Origin: Planctomycetota bacterium
Lineage (GTDB): Bacteria > Planctomycetota > Phycisphaerae > Phycisphaerales > UBA1924
Direction: 5' to 3'
Assembly (NCBI GenBank): GCA_033763975.1
Contig: JANRJM010000013.1
Coordinates: 312,603-376,602 of the forward strand
Length of the DNA: 64,000 bases
Part shown: positions 18,826 to 29,082 of the stretch, in pieces
Numbering within the stretch: the stretch's first letter is position 1
How the letters are laid out: each line of letters starts with the position of its first letter
Made by a program: the position numbers and the translations under genes
The notes under the pieces: generated by a model
The model's input: the letters and a program-made list of their open reading frames with translations, nothing else
Told to the model about the DNA's origin: nothing
The model's database searches: none

Positions 18826-20436
18826 TCACGGTGCGCGGTTCTCGGACCCGGGGCCCACCGGCCCACCCTCAAGTGTCGATTGTCGGCCATCGTAGACGGG
18901 TGTTTGACCTCCACCGGCCGGATCCGCCGACGCGCCCGCGTCCGGCGGCGGCTCGATGTTCCCGGGCGTGAACCCGTGGTCCGTCGCCGGCGCCCCCTTC
19001 GCCAGCGACAGCAGCGTCACCAGCCCCAGCAGCCCCGCGAGCGTCAGCGGCCCGAGCACCCGGGCCGCGCCCATTGGCCGATCGAATCTCGATGACGCCG
19101 GCAACGTGCCGGCGGGCGCCCCGTTGGACAGCGCCACGGCGAACGCGCACCAGATGAGCACGAACGGCTCGTGGTACCGCTGCCACAACTGCTCGCTCGC
19201 GCACTGGGCCGCCGCGAACCCCGCCAGGGCCGCGAGCATGATCCAGCGCCGTCGCCGGTCCATCCCGCCCAGCCACAAGACGACGCACGCCGCCCCCAGC
19301 GGCGCGAGCGCGAGCAGCACGACCGACGTGCGCCCGCCCAGCACCGGCCCCGCGCGAACGCCCGTCCAGATGCCGGAGAACCGTCCGGCCTCGAAGCTGT
19401 ACGTGGTCTCGGGGATCCCCGCCGCCAGCACGCCCAGCCCGACCGCCACGACCAGCGCGACGCGGTGCGCGCGCCACGCGTGCCCCGCCAGCGGCCAGAG
19501 CCAGCCCGCGTGGAACACGCCCACGATCCCCACCAGCGACAGCACGAACGCCGGCGTCGCCCACTGGATGCCCGGCGAATACCACCCCACGAACGTCGGG
19601 GGCGTCAGATGCCCGCCCCACAGTTGGTAGAACCACCCGAGCAGCGCGGCCGCCGGCACGGTGGCCCCGAACCCCAGCGCGACGCGCCCCAGCCACGCAC
19701 GCGCACGCTCCGGCAGCAGGTCGGCCGGGTGGAACAACGCCGCACGTTCATCCGCCGGGGCCGGCGTGCCGGCGCGAACAAGCGAACCCGAGACCCACGC
19801 CGCGGCCCAGACAACCCCCGCCGCCCACACGTGGATCTGACGGAACATCACGAGCGCGACGAGCACCGCACCGGCGGCGATGATCGTGCCGCGCGACCCC
19901 GAACGCAGCAGCAGGGCGAGCAGTGCTGCGACGCACAGCCACGCCGCGTTGTCGGGGAGCAGCCAGACGCCCGCGCTCACGACGTAGAGCGAGCAGACCA
20001 GCGGGAGCGCGAGCAGCACGCCCCGGCGGGCACTGCCCGTCCACGAGGCGCCGCACCCGGCGACGAGCGCGACGAGCCCCAGCGTGAACAGCGAGCCGGC
20101 GAGTTGGAGCGCGACCCGCCCGTCGGAGAGCACGCGCGCGACGCCGGCGAGCAGGACGTGGTAGCCGGGCGTGGTGGCGGAGAGGTAGTCCGAGAAGTCC
20201 GGCGCGGGGAGTTGCTCGGCGAATGTTCGGATGACCTTCTCGTGGTAGTTCACCTGGTCGCTGGCACCGCGCCCGCGCATGGACTGCGAGAGGACCAGGG
20301 GCCAGCAGGCCGCCGCGGCGAGGGCAACGCCGAACCCCGCCGCCCGGAGCGGGGTAGAGTGACCGGACCGGACGTCCGATAGACGTTTGTCCGGGGTCGA
20401 AGCATCGGGCGTCGGGTTGGTCGGGGTCGATGACAT
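18826..20436 (-). CDS. GT-C fold integral membrane glycosyltransferase, ALG10/DIE2-like
   Basis: About 12 TM helices; SDQVNYH...[19 protein letters not shown] and QRYHEPF parallel recalled ALG10 motifs; start re-placed at ATG 20436. Confidence 0.68.
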   Translation of the reverse strand: MSSTPTNPTPDASTPDKRLSDVRSGHSTPLRAAGFGVALAAAACWPLVLSQSMRGRGASDQVNYHEKVIRTFAEQLPAPDFSDYLSATTPGYHVLLAGVARVLSDGRVALQLAGSLFTLGLVALVAGCGASWTGSARRGVLLALPLVCSLYVVSAGVWLLPDNAAWLCVAALLALLLRSGSRGTIIAAGAVLVALVMFRQIHVWAAGVVWAAAWVSGSLVRAGTPAPADERAALFHPADLLPERARAWLGRVALGFGATVPAAALLGWFYQLWGGHLTPPTFVGWYSPGIQWATPAFVLSLVGIVGVFHAGWLWPLAGHAWRAHRVALVVAVGLGVLAAGIPETTYSFEAGRFSGIWTGVRAGPVLGGRTSVVLLALAPLGAACVVLWLGGMDRRRRWIMLAALAGFAAAQCASEQLWQRYHEPFVLIWCAFAVALSNGAPAGTLPASSRFDRPMGAARVLGPLTLAGLLGLVTLLSLAKGAPATDHGFTPGNIEPPPDAGASADPAGGGQTPVYDGRQSTLEGGPVGPGSENRAP

Positions 20437-20523
20437 CGGCGGGCCGGTGCAACTGTCGGCGATCGGGGGTCGGTGACTGGAAGCGGGCGGCGGAAGGAAC
20501 ACCACGGGAGGCGCGGAGCGCTG

Positions 20524-21207
20524 ATGCTGGGCCGACTCATGCGAGCGATGCACGCGCCGGTCTACCGCCGACGGCTCGAGGTGCTCGTGCGGGAGATTCT
20601 CCCCGCCCTGCGCCCGAACGACCGCGTGCTCGACGTCGGGTGCGGGAACGGCACGCTGGGGCGGGCGCTGCTCGACGCCCCGGGCGCGCCGCCCGGGCTG
20701 GTGGTCGAGGGTCTGGAACGCGTCCGCCGGGGGAACGAGCCGATCGCCGTGCATGCGTACGACGGCGGGGCCATCCCGTTCGCCGCCCGCGCGTACGACG
20801 TGCTCATCGTCGCCGACGTGCTGCACCACGAGCGCGCGCCCGAGGCGCTCCTGCGCGAGTGTGCGCGGGTGGCGGGGCGGCTCGTCATCGTCAAGGACCA
20901 TCGCGTCGAGGGGTGGTTCTCCCAGGCGCGAGTGTCGTTCATGGACTGGGCGGCGAACGCGCCGTACGGCGTGCCGTGCCTGTACGAATACCCGTCGCGG
21001 GCCGGCTGGACCGAGCGGGCACGCCGCTCCGGGCTGCGGGCGGAGCGCGAACTGCACCGCATGGACCTCTACCCGCCGGGCTGGAACCTCGTGTTCGGCG
21101 GCCGGTTGCAGTACATGGCGTTCCTGACGCCCGAATCGCAAGCGCCCGCGGGCATCAACGCGCCCGCGGACGTGACGGCGGCCCGGGGCGAGGCGGTGCG
21201 GGCATGA
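20524..21207 (+). CDS. Class I SAM-dependent methyltransferase
   Basis: RVLDVGCGNG, YDGGAIPF, DVLHH, LLRECARV. Confidence 0.88.
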   Translation: MLGRLMRAMHAPVYRRRLEVLVREILPALRPNDRVLDVGCGNGTLGRALLDAPGAPPGLVVEGLERVRRGNEPIAVHAYDGGAIPFAARAYDVLIVADVLHHERAPEALLRECARVAGRLVIVKDHRVEGWFSQARVSFMDWAANAPYGVPCLYEYPSRAGWTERARRSGLRAERELHRMDLYPPGWNLVFGGRLQYMAFLTPESQAPAGINAPADVTAARGEAVRA

Positions 21208-22214
21208 CGCAGATCGACCCGCTGGCACGCCCGGCGCACGACCCGACCGCCGATGCGCCCCCGCGGGGGGGCCTGCGCGCCTGGATCAAGCTCGCCCGTC
21301 CTCATCAGTGGGCCAAGAGCGCGTTCGTCGTGGTCGGTCCGGTGTTCGCCTACGCCGACGGTAACATCCGGGATTCGGCGCTCCTGTGGGCCGCGGGGGC
21401 CGCGGCGGGCGCGTTCTCGCTCGCGTCCAGCGCCTCGTACATCGTGAACGACGTGCTCGACGCGCCGCACGACCGCATGCACCCGCGCAAGCGCCGACGC
21501 CCGGTGGCGAGCGGGGCGATCGCGCCGGGGGCCGCGCTCGCCGGCGCGGGGGTGCTGGCGGCCCTGGCGCTCGTCTGCCTGGTGTTCGTGCCGGCGGCGT
21601 TCCGGTTCTGGACCGGGGCGGCGGTCGTCGTGTACGTCGCGAACGTCATGGCCTACTCGCTGTGGCTCAAGCACCGCGTGATCGCCGACGTCGTGTGCCT
21701 TTCCATGGGATTCGTCATCCGCGTGCTGGGCGGGTGCGCGGCGGTGGGCATCTCGCCCACGACGTGGCTGCTCAACGTCACGTTCTTCATCGCCATGTTC
21801 CTCGCGTTCGGGAAGCGCCTCGGCGAGCGGCGATCGATGGGGGGTGAGGCGGCGGCGGCGGCCCGGAAGGTGCAGGCCGGGTACACCGACGACATGCTCC
21901 GCCTCGCGGTGGTCGTGACGGGCGTCGTCGCGCTCGTGGCGTACGCCGGGTACGTGCTCTCGCAGGACGCCAAGTACACGTTCGGGTTCAACCTGCTGTG
22001 GGTCACCATCCTGCCGGCAACCTACGGGCTGCTGCGCGCGATCGTGCTGCTGGAGCGCGGCACGTACGACGACCCGACCGAGATGGTCATCCGCGACCGG
22101 GGGTTCCTCGCGGCGGCGGGCGCCTTCGGCGCGTGCGTGGCGGCGCTGATGGCCGCCCGGCACCTCGGGCTCATCGGCGTCCCGCCACCCGAGGTCCTTG
22201 TGCCGGCCATCTGA
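21204..22214 (+). CDS. UbiA family prenyltransferase, decaprenyl-phosphate phosphoribosyltransferase-like
   Basis: RPHQWAKS, YIVNDVLD..HDRMHPRKRRRPVASG, YSLWLKH, IRVLGG, AFGKR; ATGA overlap with the upstream methyltransferase. Confidence 0.85.
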   Translation: MTQIDPLARPAHDPTADAPPRGGLRAWIKLARPHQWAKSAFVVVGPVFAYADGNIRDSALLWAAGAAAGAFSLASSASYIVNDVLDAPHDRMHPRKRRRPVASGAIAPGAALAGAGVLAALALVCLVFVPAAFRFWTGAAVVVYVANVMAYSLWLKHRVIADVVCLSMGFVIRVLGGCAAVGISPTTWLLNVTFFIAMFLAFGKRLGERRSMGGEAAAAARKVQAGYTDDMLRLAVVVTGVVALVAYAGYVLSQDAKYTFGFNLLWVTILPATYGLLRAIVLLERGTYDDPTEMVIRDRGFLAAAGAFGACVAALMAARHLGLIGVPPPEVLVPAI

Positions 22215-22403
22215 GGCGCCGGGCGGACGGGCGAATCGGGCGAGCGCCCTCGACGGGGATCGCCACGCCGGGCATCATGGTGTAGAGTGTCCCTGTTCGG
22301 GCCCCGTGCGTCGGGGCTTCGGGGACGGTTTCGCTCGCGCGGACGAACGGCGCGTGCGGACATCTGGACGGAGGCCCTGACCGGCCTATTCAGGAGTCGT
22401 GCC

Positions 22404-25286
22404 ATGACGATGCGCCGAGCGTGGACGTTGGCCGCCGCGATGACCGCGGTGTGCGGGTGTGCCGGGGGCGTGCTCGCCCAGGAGGGCACCGAGAAAAAGG
22501 ACGACTTCAAGCCCTGGGCCGAGGTGTCCAAGGACTACTCGCAGGTGGTCTCGACCGCCGGGGGCGAGTCGAGCCTGTACGGCGTGTGGAAGCGCGACAA
22601 GGACGGGCAGATGCTCGCCGAACTCCCGCGCAACTGGTCGAGCCAGCGCCACTTCATCGCGATGACCGTGCCGACCGGCGAGGTCTTCGCCGGGCTGCAG
22701 GCCCAGGACATGTACGTGTACTGGAAGCGCTTCGACAAGCGCATGGCGCTGGTGATGCCCAACGTCGAGGTGCGCTCCACGGGCGACAAGGAGAGCAAGG
22801 ACTCGATCAAGAACCACTTCGTGGATCGCGTGATCATCGACGTGCCGATCGTGGCGATGGGCCCGAGCGGGCAGCCGGTGATCGACCTGGACGAGCTGCT
22901 CGTGCAGAACGCGACGACGTTCTACGGCGCCATGGCGCAGGGCCTCAACTCGCGCCTCGTCACGCTCGACTCGGTGAAGGCCTTCCCGGAGAACGTCGAG
23001 GTGACGTTCACGGCGCCCGCGGCGGGCGGACGCCTCAAGAGCTTCCACTACTCGATCTCGCTCATCAAGGACGACCCGGAGTACAAGCCCCGCGCCGCCG
23101 ACGAGCGCGTCGGGTACTTCACGACCGAGTACCGCGACCTGGGCAAGTTCCAGGACGACAAGGTCAGCACCCGCTACATCAACCGCTGGAAGCTCGAGAA
23201 GGCCGATCCCAACCTCAAGCTCAGCCCGCCCAAGGAACCCATCATCTACTACGTCGAGCACACCGTGCCGACGCGGTACCGGCGCTGGGTGAAGGACGGC
23301 ACGCTGTACTGGAACGCGGCGTTCGAGAAGGTCGGCATCCGCGACGCCGTCGAGGTGTACTACCAGGACAAGACGACCGGGGCCCACATGGACAAGGACC
23401 CCGAGGACGTGCGGTACAACTTCATCCGCTGGCTGAGCAACGACATCGGGACGGCCATCGGGCCGAGCCGCGCCCACCCGATCACCGGGCAGATCCTCGA
23501 CGCCGACATCGTGCTGACAGACGGCTGGATCCGGCACTTCTGGTACCAGGCCAACGAGTACGCCCCGAGCATCGCGATGGAGGGCATGAGCCCCGAGACG
23601 CTCGCGTGGCTCGAGAGCCGCCCCCAGTGGGACCCGCGCGTCCGCCTGGCGCCCCCCTCGCAGCGTGAGCGCATCATGCACGAACGCCTGATGGACCGCG
23701 CCCGCCGGGGCGTGACGGCGTACGGCGGGGCGGGCGTGCCCATGACCGACGTCAGCGTGTCGAACTCGCCCGAACTGCGGGCGATCAGCGACGTCCTGGG
23801 CCCCCGCTACGGGCTGTGCATGGCGAGCGAGGGCATGGCGCGCGACATGGCCGTCATGGGCCTGTACCTCGACGTCGCCGGGCTGCTCGACGACCCGCCC
23901 AGCGGCGGGAAGGACGGCGACAAGGCCGACAAGAAGGACAAGAAGGACGAGCCCGACCGCCTGGACGGGATCCCCGAGTGGTTCGTCGGGCCGGCGCTGG
24001 CGCACCTGACGGTGCACGAGGTCGGGCACACGCTGGGCCTGCGCCACAACTTCAAGGCGTCCGCGCAGTACACCTTCGCCGAGATCAACAGCGAGGCGAT
24101 GAAGGGCAAGCCCTACATCGCGTCGGTGATGGACTACACGCCCGTGAACATCAACATGGACGACAAGCTCGTCCAGGGCGACCACCACATGATCGGCGTG
24201 GGCAAGTACGACATGTGGGCGATCGAGTACGGCTACACCCTGGGCGACACCAAGGACGTGCTGAAGCGCGTGGGCGAGCCCGGGCACGAGTACCTGACGG
24301 ACGAGGACACGGGCGGGCCCGACCCGCTGGCCCGCCGGTACGACTTCGGCAAGGACCCGCTCACCTACGCCAAGAACCTGCTCAGGCTGGCCGAGTACTC
24401 GCGCGGGCGGATCCTCGACTCGTTCGTCAAGGACGGGGAGCCGTGGAGCAAGGCCCGTCGCGGGTACGAGATCACGCTCAACACGCAGAGCACCGCCGTG
24501 AACATCATGGCGAACTGGATCGGCGGGGCGCACGTGAACCGCGATCGCAAGGGCGACAAGGACGCGCGCCCGCCGCTGGAGCCCGTCTCGGCCGGGGCGC
24601 AGCGCGACGCGCTGGAGTTCGTCATCGACTACACCTTCCGCGACGAGGCGTTCGGGCTCACGCCCGAGCTGCTCACGAAGATGGTGGTGAACAAGGACGA
24701 GAACGCCAGCGCCGACCCCGCCTGGGCGGTGCACGACCGCATCTCGGGCATCCAGGCGAGCGTGCTCACGCAGCTCATGAACCCCGGCAAGCTCCGGCGC
24801 GTGTACGACAACGAGTTCTTCACCCCCGCCGACCAGGACCAACTCACCCTCCCCGAACTGCTGAACACCGTCAGCGACGCGGTGTGGACCGAGCTCGACA
24901 AGGGCGTGACGCAGAAGTACACCCCCCGCAAGCCGATGATCTCCAGCCTCCGGCGCGCCCTGCAGCGCGAGCACGCCGAACGCCTCATCGACCTCACGCT
25001 CGACTCGGGGTACAACGTCGCCAACAAGGCCATCGCCAACCTCGCCACCGACAAGCTCCGCGAGATCCAGTCCAAGGTCACCAAGACGCTCGACAAGGGC
25101 GACTCGAACATCGATCCCTACACCAAGGCGCACCTCTCGGAACTCAAGCTCCGCATCACCAAGGCGCTCGACGCCTCGTACATCTACAACGCCCAGGCCG
25201 GCGGCGCCGCCGACTTCCCCTTCTGGCTCTTCATGGGGCAGCAGCAGCCCGCCCCGGCCGCTCCCGCGCCCGCCTCGGGCGAGTAA
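22404..25286 (+). CDS. Exported metzincin zinc metalloprotease (DUF5117/DUF4953-type)
   Basis: Signal peptide; PRAADERVGYF, KEPIIYYV, WNAAFEKVG, HEVGHTLGLRHNF, Met-turn SVMDY; SD AGGAG. Confidence 0.9.
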   Translation: MTMRRAWTLAAAMTAVCGCAGGVLAQEGTEKKDDFKPWAEVSKDYSQVVSTAGGESSLYGVWKRDKDGQMLAELPRNWSSQRHFIAMTVPTGEVFAGLQAQDMYVYWKRFDKRMALVMPNVEVRSTGDKESKDSIKNHFVDRVIIDVPIVAMGPSGQPVIDLDELLVQNATTFYGAMAQGLNSRLVTLDSVKAFPENVEVTFTAPAAGGRLKSFHYSISLIKDDPEYKPRAADERVGYFTTEYRDLGKFQDDKVSTRYINRWKLEKADPNLKLSPPKEPIIYYVEHTVPTRYRRWVKDGTLYWNAAFEKVGIRDAVEVYYQDKTTGAHMDKDPEDVRYNFIRWLSNDIGTAIGPSRAHPITGQILDADIVLTDGWIRHFWYQANEYAPSIAMEGMSPETLAWLESRPQWDPRVRLAPPSQRERIMHERLMDRARRGVTAYGGAGVPMTDVSVSNSPELRAISDVLGPRYGLCMASEGMARDMAVMGLYLDVAGLLDDPPSGGKDGDKADKKDKKDEPDRLDGIPEWFVGPALAHLTVHEVGHTLGLRHNFKASAQYTFAEINSEAMKGKPYIASVMDYTPVNINMDDKLVQGDHHMIGVGKYDMWAIEYGYTLGDTKDVLKRVGEPGHEYLTDEDTGGPDPLARRYDFGKDPLTYAKNLLRLAEYSRGRILDSFVKDGEPWSKARRGYEITLNTQSTAVNIMANWIGGAHVNRDRKGDKDARPPLEPVSAGAQRDALEFVIDYTFRDEAFGLTPELLTKMVVNKDENASADPAWAVHDRISGIQASVLTQLMNPGKLRRVYDNEFFTPADQDQLTLPELLNTVSDAVWTELDKGVTQKYTPRKPMISSLRRALQREHAERLIDLTLDSGYNVANKAIANLATDKLREIQSKVTKTLDKGDSNIDPYTKAHLSELKLRITKALDASYIYNAQAGGAADFPFWLFMGQQQPAPAAPAPASGE

Positions 25287-25334
25287 CCCGCTGACCCCGG
25301 GCCGGCGTTGAGCCGCCCGCCTCGACCACACCAC

Positions 25335-25368
25335 GACCCCGGCTCGCCCGAGCCGGGGTCTTTTCGTT
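25335..25368 (+). terminator. Intrinsic terminator
   Basis: GACCCCGGCTC-GCCC-GAGCCGGGGTC perfect 11-bp stem followed by TTTTCGTT. Confidence 0.88.
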
Positions 25369-25465
25369 TCCGCGGCACACTCGCTCCCTGAGGCCGTTGC
25401 AACCCGCGTAGTGGCCATGCGGGCATGCCTGCGGCCCTGCGGCCCTGCGCTACCCGCCCCGCTTC

Positions 25466-27232
25466 TCACGCCCCCGCGCAGTACCCCCGCCACATCGCGC
25501 GCAGCGCCCCATCGAAGCGTGCCGCGAACGCGGCCGCGTCGCACACGGGCGATCCGCGCAGCTTCTCGCGCAGCGTGGATCGGTACGACGCGAGCCGCGG
25601 GGCATCTGCCACCAGCGACGAAGCGAGGTCGACGTACGCGTCTTCGCTGTGCGCGATCAACTCGGGCGCGCCCGCGTTCGTGAGCAGCGACACGCCCACC
25701 CGCCCCGCGTGCGTGCGCCCCGCGAGCGTCACCACCGGCACGCCCATCCAGAGCGCCTCGCACGTCGTCGTCGTGCCGTGGTACGGGAACGCGTCGAGCG
25801 CGACGTCCATGCGCGCGTAGAGCGCCAGGTGGTCGGCCAGCGTCGGCGTCGCCGCGAGGAACGCGAGGCGTGCGGCGTCGACGCCCAGGCGCACGAACTC
25901 CTCGCGGATGCGGTCCGCCGCCCCGCGCGACGCGAAGTCGAAGCTCTTCAGGATCAGCGTCGAACCCGGCACGCGCGTCAGCAGGCGCGTCCACAGCGCG
26001 ATGAGTCCGCGGTTGATCTTGCGGCTCGCGTTGAAACTGCCGAAGACGGGCCCGGGAAACGCGGCATCGCGCGATGGCGCGGGCGCACCTTCCAGCGGGC
26101 GATAGCACAGGAAGCACGGGTCGAGCCGGCACAGCCGCTCGGCCGCGTGCGCGTCGACCTCGGGCGTGGGCGGGTCGGTGAGGGAATCGACGATGCGGTA
26201 GTCGATCTCCGACAGGCCCGTGGTGTCGGGGTAGCCGCAGTACGTCGCCTGCACGGGCGCGGGGCGGAGCGCGAACGCCGGCAGGTTGTTGCCCAGCGTG
26301 TGCCCCGCGAGGTCCAGGGCGATGTCGAGCCGGTCGGCGTGCATGAGGCGCGCGAGCTCGATGTCCGTGAGGTTCGGGCAGTCGCGCCACAGCGACGCGT
26401 GCGGGCGCAGGCGATTCGTCACGCGGTCGGGCGAACGCGTCGTCGAGTACGCGATCAGTTCAATGCGCGACCGGTCGTGACGCTCGAAGAAGGGCTCGAC
26501 AAAGAACGAGACCGAGTGCTGGCGCAGGTCCGGCGAGACGACGCCCACCCGCAGGCGCCTCTCCGGATCGCGCGGGGCCGTGTGCTCGAAGCGCAGCCCG
26601 GGCGGGCGCTGGCGGCGCAGCAGGGCGGCGTACGCCCGGTGCGTCGACGCGATCTCCGCGGGGTCGGCGCCGTACTGGTACGTCAGCGCCACGGGCAGCC
26701 CGGCGACGAGCATCGGCTCGTCGGGGTACAGCCGGATGGCCTCGCGCGTGAACGCGACCGTCTCTTCGATCTTGCCCATCGTCAGCAGCGCGCCCGCGTA
26801 CGACACGCTCAGTTGCGGGTCGGCGCGGCGGGCGAGCGCACGCTCGAGCAGCGCCGCCGCCGCCGGCGAGTCGTGCCCGTCCATCAGCGCGTTCGCCAGC
26901 GCCAGGCACGCGCCGGGATCGTCGGGATCTGTCTCGACCGCCCGGCGCAGCAGCGCCAGCGCGTCGGCCGGCTTCTGGCGCGCGTGCAGCACCGTGGCGA
27001 GCGCGACCATGAGCGGCGCGCTCGCGGGCTCGGCCTGCAGGGCGCGCCCCGCGTAATACTCCGCCTGCTCGTACCGCCCCATGCGCAGCAGGATCGACGC
27101 CATCAGGCTGTTCAGCCCGGGGTCGCCCGGTCCCTTGGGCAGCAGGCGCTGCGCGATCGCCAGCGCCTCGGGCGCCTTGCCGTCGCGGAGCAACTGCTCG
27201 GCCTGCTGCACCTTCGCGAGGATCTGGCTCAT
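25466..27232 (-). CDS. TPR + GT41 (SPINDLY/OGT-like) glycosyltransferase 1
   Basis: N-terminal TPR-like helices; LRVGVVSPDLRQHSV, DLAGHT, APVQATYCGYPDTTGL, FGSFNASRKI, DAFPYHGTTTTCEALWMGVP. Confidence 0.92.
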   Translation of the reverse strand: MSQILAKVQQAEQLLRDGKAPEALAIAQRLLPKGPGDPGLNSLMASILLRMGRYEQAEYYAGRALQAEPASAPLMVALATVLHARQKPADALALLRRAVETDPDDPGACLALANALMDGHDSPAAAALLERALARRADPQLSVSYAGALLTMGKIEETVAFTREAIRLYPDEPMLVAGLPVALTYQYGADPAEIASTHRAYAALLRRQRPPGLRFEHTAPRDPERRLRVGVVSPDLRQHSVSFFVEPFFERHDRSRIELIAYSTTRSPDRVTNRLRPHASLWRDCPNLTDIELARLMHADRLDIALDLAGHTLGNNLPAFALRPAPVQATYCGYPDTTGLSEIDYRIVDSLTDPPTPEVDAHAAERLCRLDPCFLCYRPLEGAPAPSRDAAFPGPVFGSFNASRKINRGLIALWTRLLTRVPGSTLILKSFDFASRGAADRIREEFVRLGVDAARLAFLAATPTLADHLALYARMDVALDAFPYHGTTTTCEALWMGVPVVTLAGRTHAGRVGVSLLTNAGAPELIAHSEDAYVDLASSLVADAPRLASYRSTLREKLRGSPVCDAAAFAARFDGALRAMWRGYCAGA

Positions 27233-29028
27233 GCGCCCTGTCCCCACGCGCGCGCCGCGCCCGGCCCGGCGCGCCCGCACCACGCGCGCCAGAGATCACG
27301 CAGCGCGCCCTCGAACCCGCGCGCGTGGGCCGCGTGGTCGCCGATCGGCCCGTGGCGCACCGCGTCGCGCAGCGTGCGACGCAGCGACGCGAGGCGCGCG
27401 CGGTCCTGCGCCAGCGCCGCGGCCCGGGCGACGTACGTCGCATCGTCCGGCGCCACCAGGTCCGCCAGCCCCGCGCTGCCGAGCAGCGATGCGCCGACCC
27501 GCGACCGGTGGGTGCCCCCATCGCGCGTGACGACGGGCACGCCCATCAGCAGCGACTCGACGGTGCTCGTGGTGCCCGCGTACGGGAAGGGGTCGAGCGA
27601 GACGTCGGCGTGGTGGTACGCCGCCAGGTGCGCACGCGGGTCGGGCTCGAAGGGCGTGAAGACCAGCGCGGCGGGCGTGCCGCCCGCGTTGGTCCACGCC
27701 CGGCGCACGAGCGCGTCGAGCCCGGGCGTGGGCTCGGTCTTCATGAGCAGGCGCGCGCCGGGCAGCGACGCGAGCACCCTCGCCCACAGGCCCAGCACGC
27801 GCGGGTTGGTCTTCGCGACGCGGTTGAAGCACGCGAACGTCGGCGCCCCGGCGTGCCCGCGCAGGTACGCGCTGGGCGCGGGCTCGGGCACGTCGGGCAT
27901 CACCGCGTACGACAGGAAGCAGCCCGGCAGGCGCACGACGCGCTCGCTGCACTGCGCCTCCGCGCCGGGCGGGTCGGTGACGGCGTCGACCAGGCGCGCG
28001 TCCATCGCGGGCAGGCCCGTGGTGTTCGGGTAGCCCAGGTACGTGCACTGCACCGGCGCGAGCCGCCGGGCGAACGCGCGCAGGCGGTGCTCTCCGGTCC
28101 AGCCGTTGCAGTCGACGAGCACGTCGACGCCGTCGGCGCGCACGAGGTCTTCGAGATCGTCGTCGCGCAACGTGCGGATCTCGCGCAGCGGCGCGATCGA
28201 CGCGAGGTTGGCCGTCGTCTCGTCGGGCTCGTTGTTCGCGTAGAGGATCGGCTGCGCCCGCGCGGGGTCGAGCGACGCCACCAGCCCCGCCAGGAAGAAC
28301 GCGCACGCGTGGAACCGCAGGTCGCCCGACACGAACCCCACGCGCAGCGGGCGCTCGGGGTCGCGCGTGTTCGCGAACGGCAGGATGGCGCCCGGCCCCA
28401 TCGCGGTTACGACCTCGCCCAGGCGCCGGTGCAGCGCCGCGTGCTCGGCGGCGTCGGTCGCCGGGTCGAAGTTCATCACGTAGCACAGCGTCTCGAGGAT
28501 GTCGGGGTCGTCGGGCAGTCGCCCCAGCGCCCGGCGCAGCAACGCCACGCCCTCGGGCGCCTGGCCCAGTTGCGCGTGCATCGCGCCCGCGCGGCAGTGG
28601 GCGCCGGGCGCGTCGGGCGCCGCCCGCGTCATCCCTTCCAACGCCGCCCGCACGCCCTCGGGGCGATCGAGCGCCAACATCGCGCGTGCGCGGCATTCGA
28701 ACGCGAGCGCGTCGTGCGCCGGCGCTCGATCGAGGATCGCCAGCGCGTCGTCGGGTGCGCCCGCGAGCACGAGCGCGTCCGCCGCGTCGCGCTGCAGGGC
28801 GGCGTCGTCCGGGTACGCGCCCGCCGCCCGGCGGAGCACGTCGGCGCCCGCCGCCTGCTCGCCCAGCAGCGCGTGCACGCGCGCAAGCGTGCGCAGCAGG
28901 TCGCCGTCGCGGGGCGACGCCCTGAGCCCTTCGACAAGGATGGCCTTCGCCCGTGCGGCGTCCCCGCCCTGGAACGCGCGGGCGGCGGCGTCGATCACGC
29001 GGGAAGCGGCTGGCGCGGGCTGGCTCAT
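27229..29028 (-). CDS. TPR + GT41 (SPINDLY/OGT-like) glycosyltransferase 2
   Basis: LRVGFVSGDLRFHA, DCNGWT, APVQCTYLGYPNTTGL, FNRVAKT, DPFPYAGTTSTVESLLMGVP. Confidence 0.92.
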   Translation of the reverse strand: MSQPAPAASRVIDAAARAFQGGDAARAKAILVEGLRASPRDGDLLRTLARVHALLGEQAAGADVLRRAAGAYPDDAALQRDAADALVLAGAPDDALAILDRAPAHDALAFECRARAMLALDRPEGVRAALEGMTRAAPDAPGAHCRAGAMHAQLGQAPEGVALLRRALGRLPDDPDILETLCYVMNFDPATDAAEHAALHRRLGEVVTAMGPGAILPFANTRDPERPLRVGFVSGDLRFHACAFFLAGLVASLDPARAQPILYANNEPDETTANLASIAPLREIRTLRDDDLEDLVRADGVDVLVDCNGWTGEHRLRAFARRLAPVQCTYLGYPNTTGLPAMDARLVDAVTDPPGAEAQCSERVVRLPGCFLSYAVMPDVPEPAPSAYLRGHAGAPTFACFNRVAKTNPRVLGLWARVLASLPGARLLMKTEPTPGLDALVRRAWTNAGGTPAALVFTPFEPDPRAHLAAYHHADVSLDPFPYAGTTSTVESLLMGVPVVTRDGGTHRSRVGASLLGSAGLADLVAPDDATYVARAAALAQDRARLASLRRTLRDAVRHGPIGDHAAHARGFEGALRDLWRAWCGRAGPGAARAWGQGA

Positions 29029-29082
29029 CGGCGGTGCTTCCGGCTCCTCGCGGCGTCGGCTCGTGCGGTCGGGCGCATGCGG

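Noticed and set aside
18826-21228. 800-aa version of the GT-C protein; likewise the 787-aa MqnA ORF (46339-48702) and 594-aa PlsC ORF (37643-39427)
   Set aside because: The upstream extensions overlap genuine genes and have low-complexity composition; starts were re-placed.
22386-26390. 1334-aa - strand ORF
   Set aside because: Shadow of the metzincin gene, which has catalytic motifs, an SD and a terminator.
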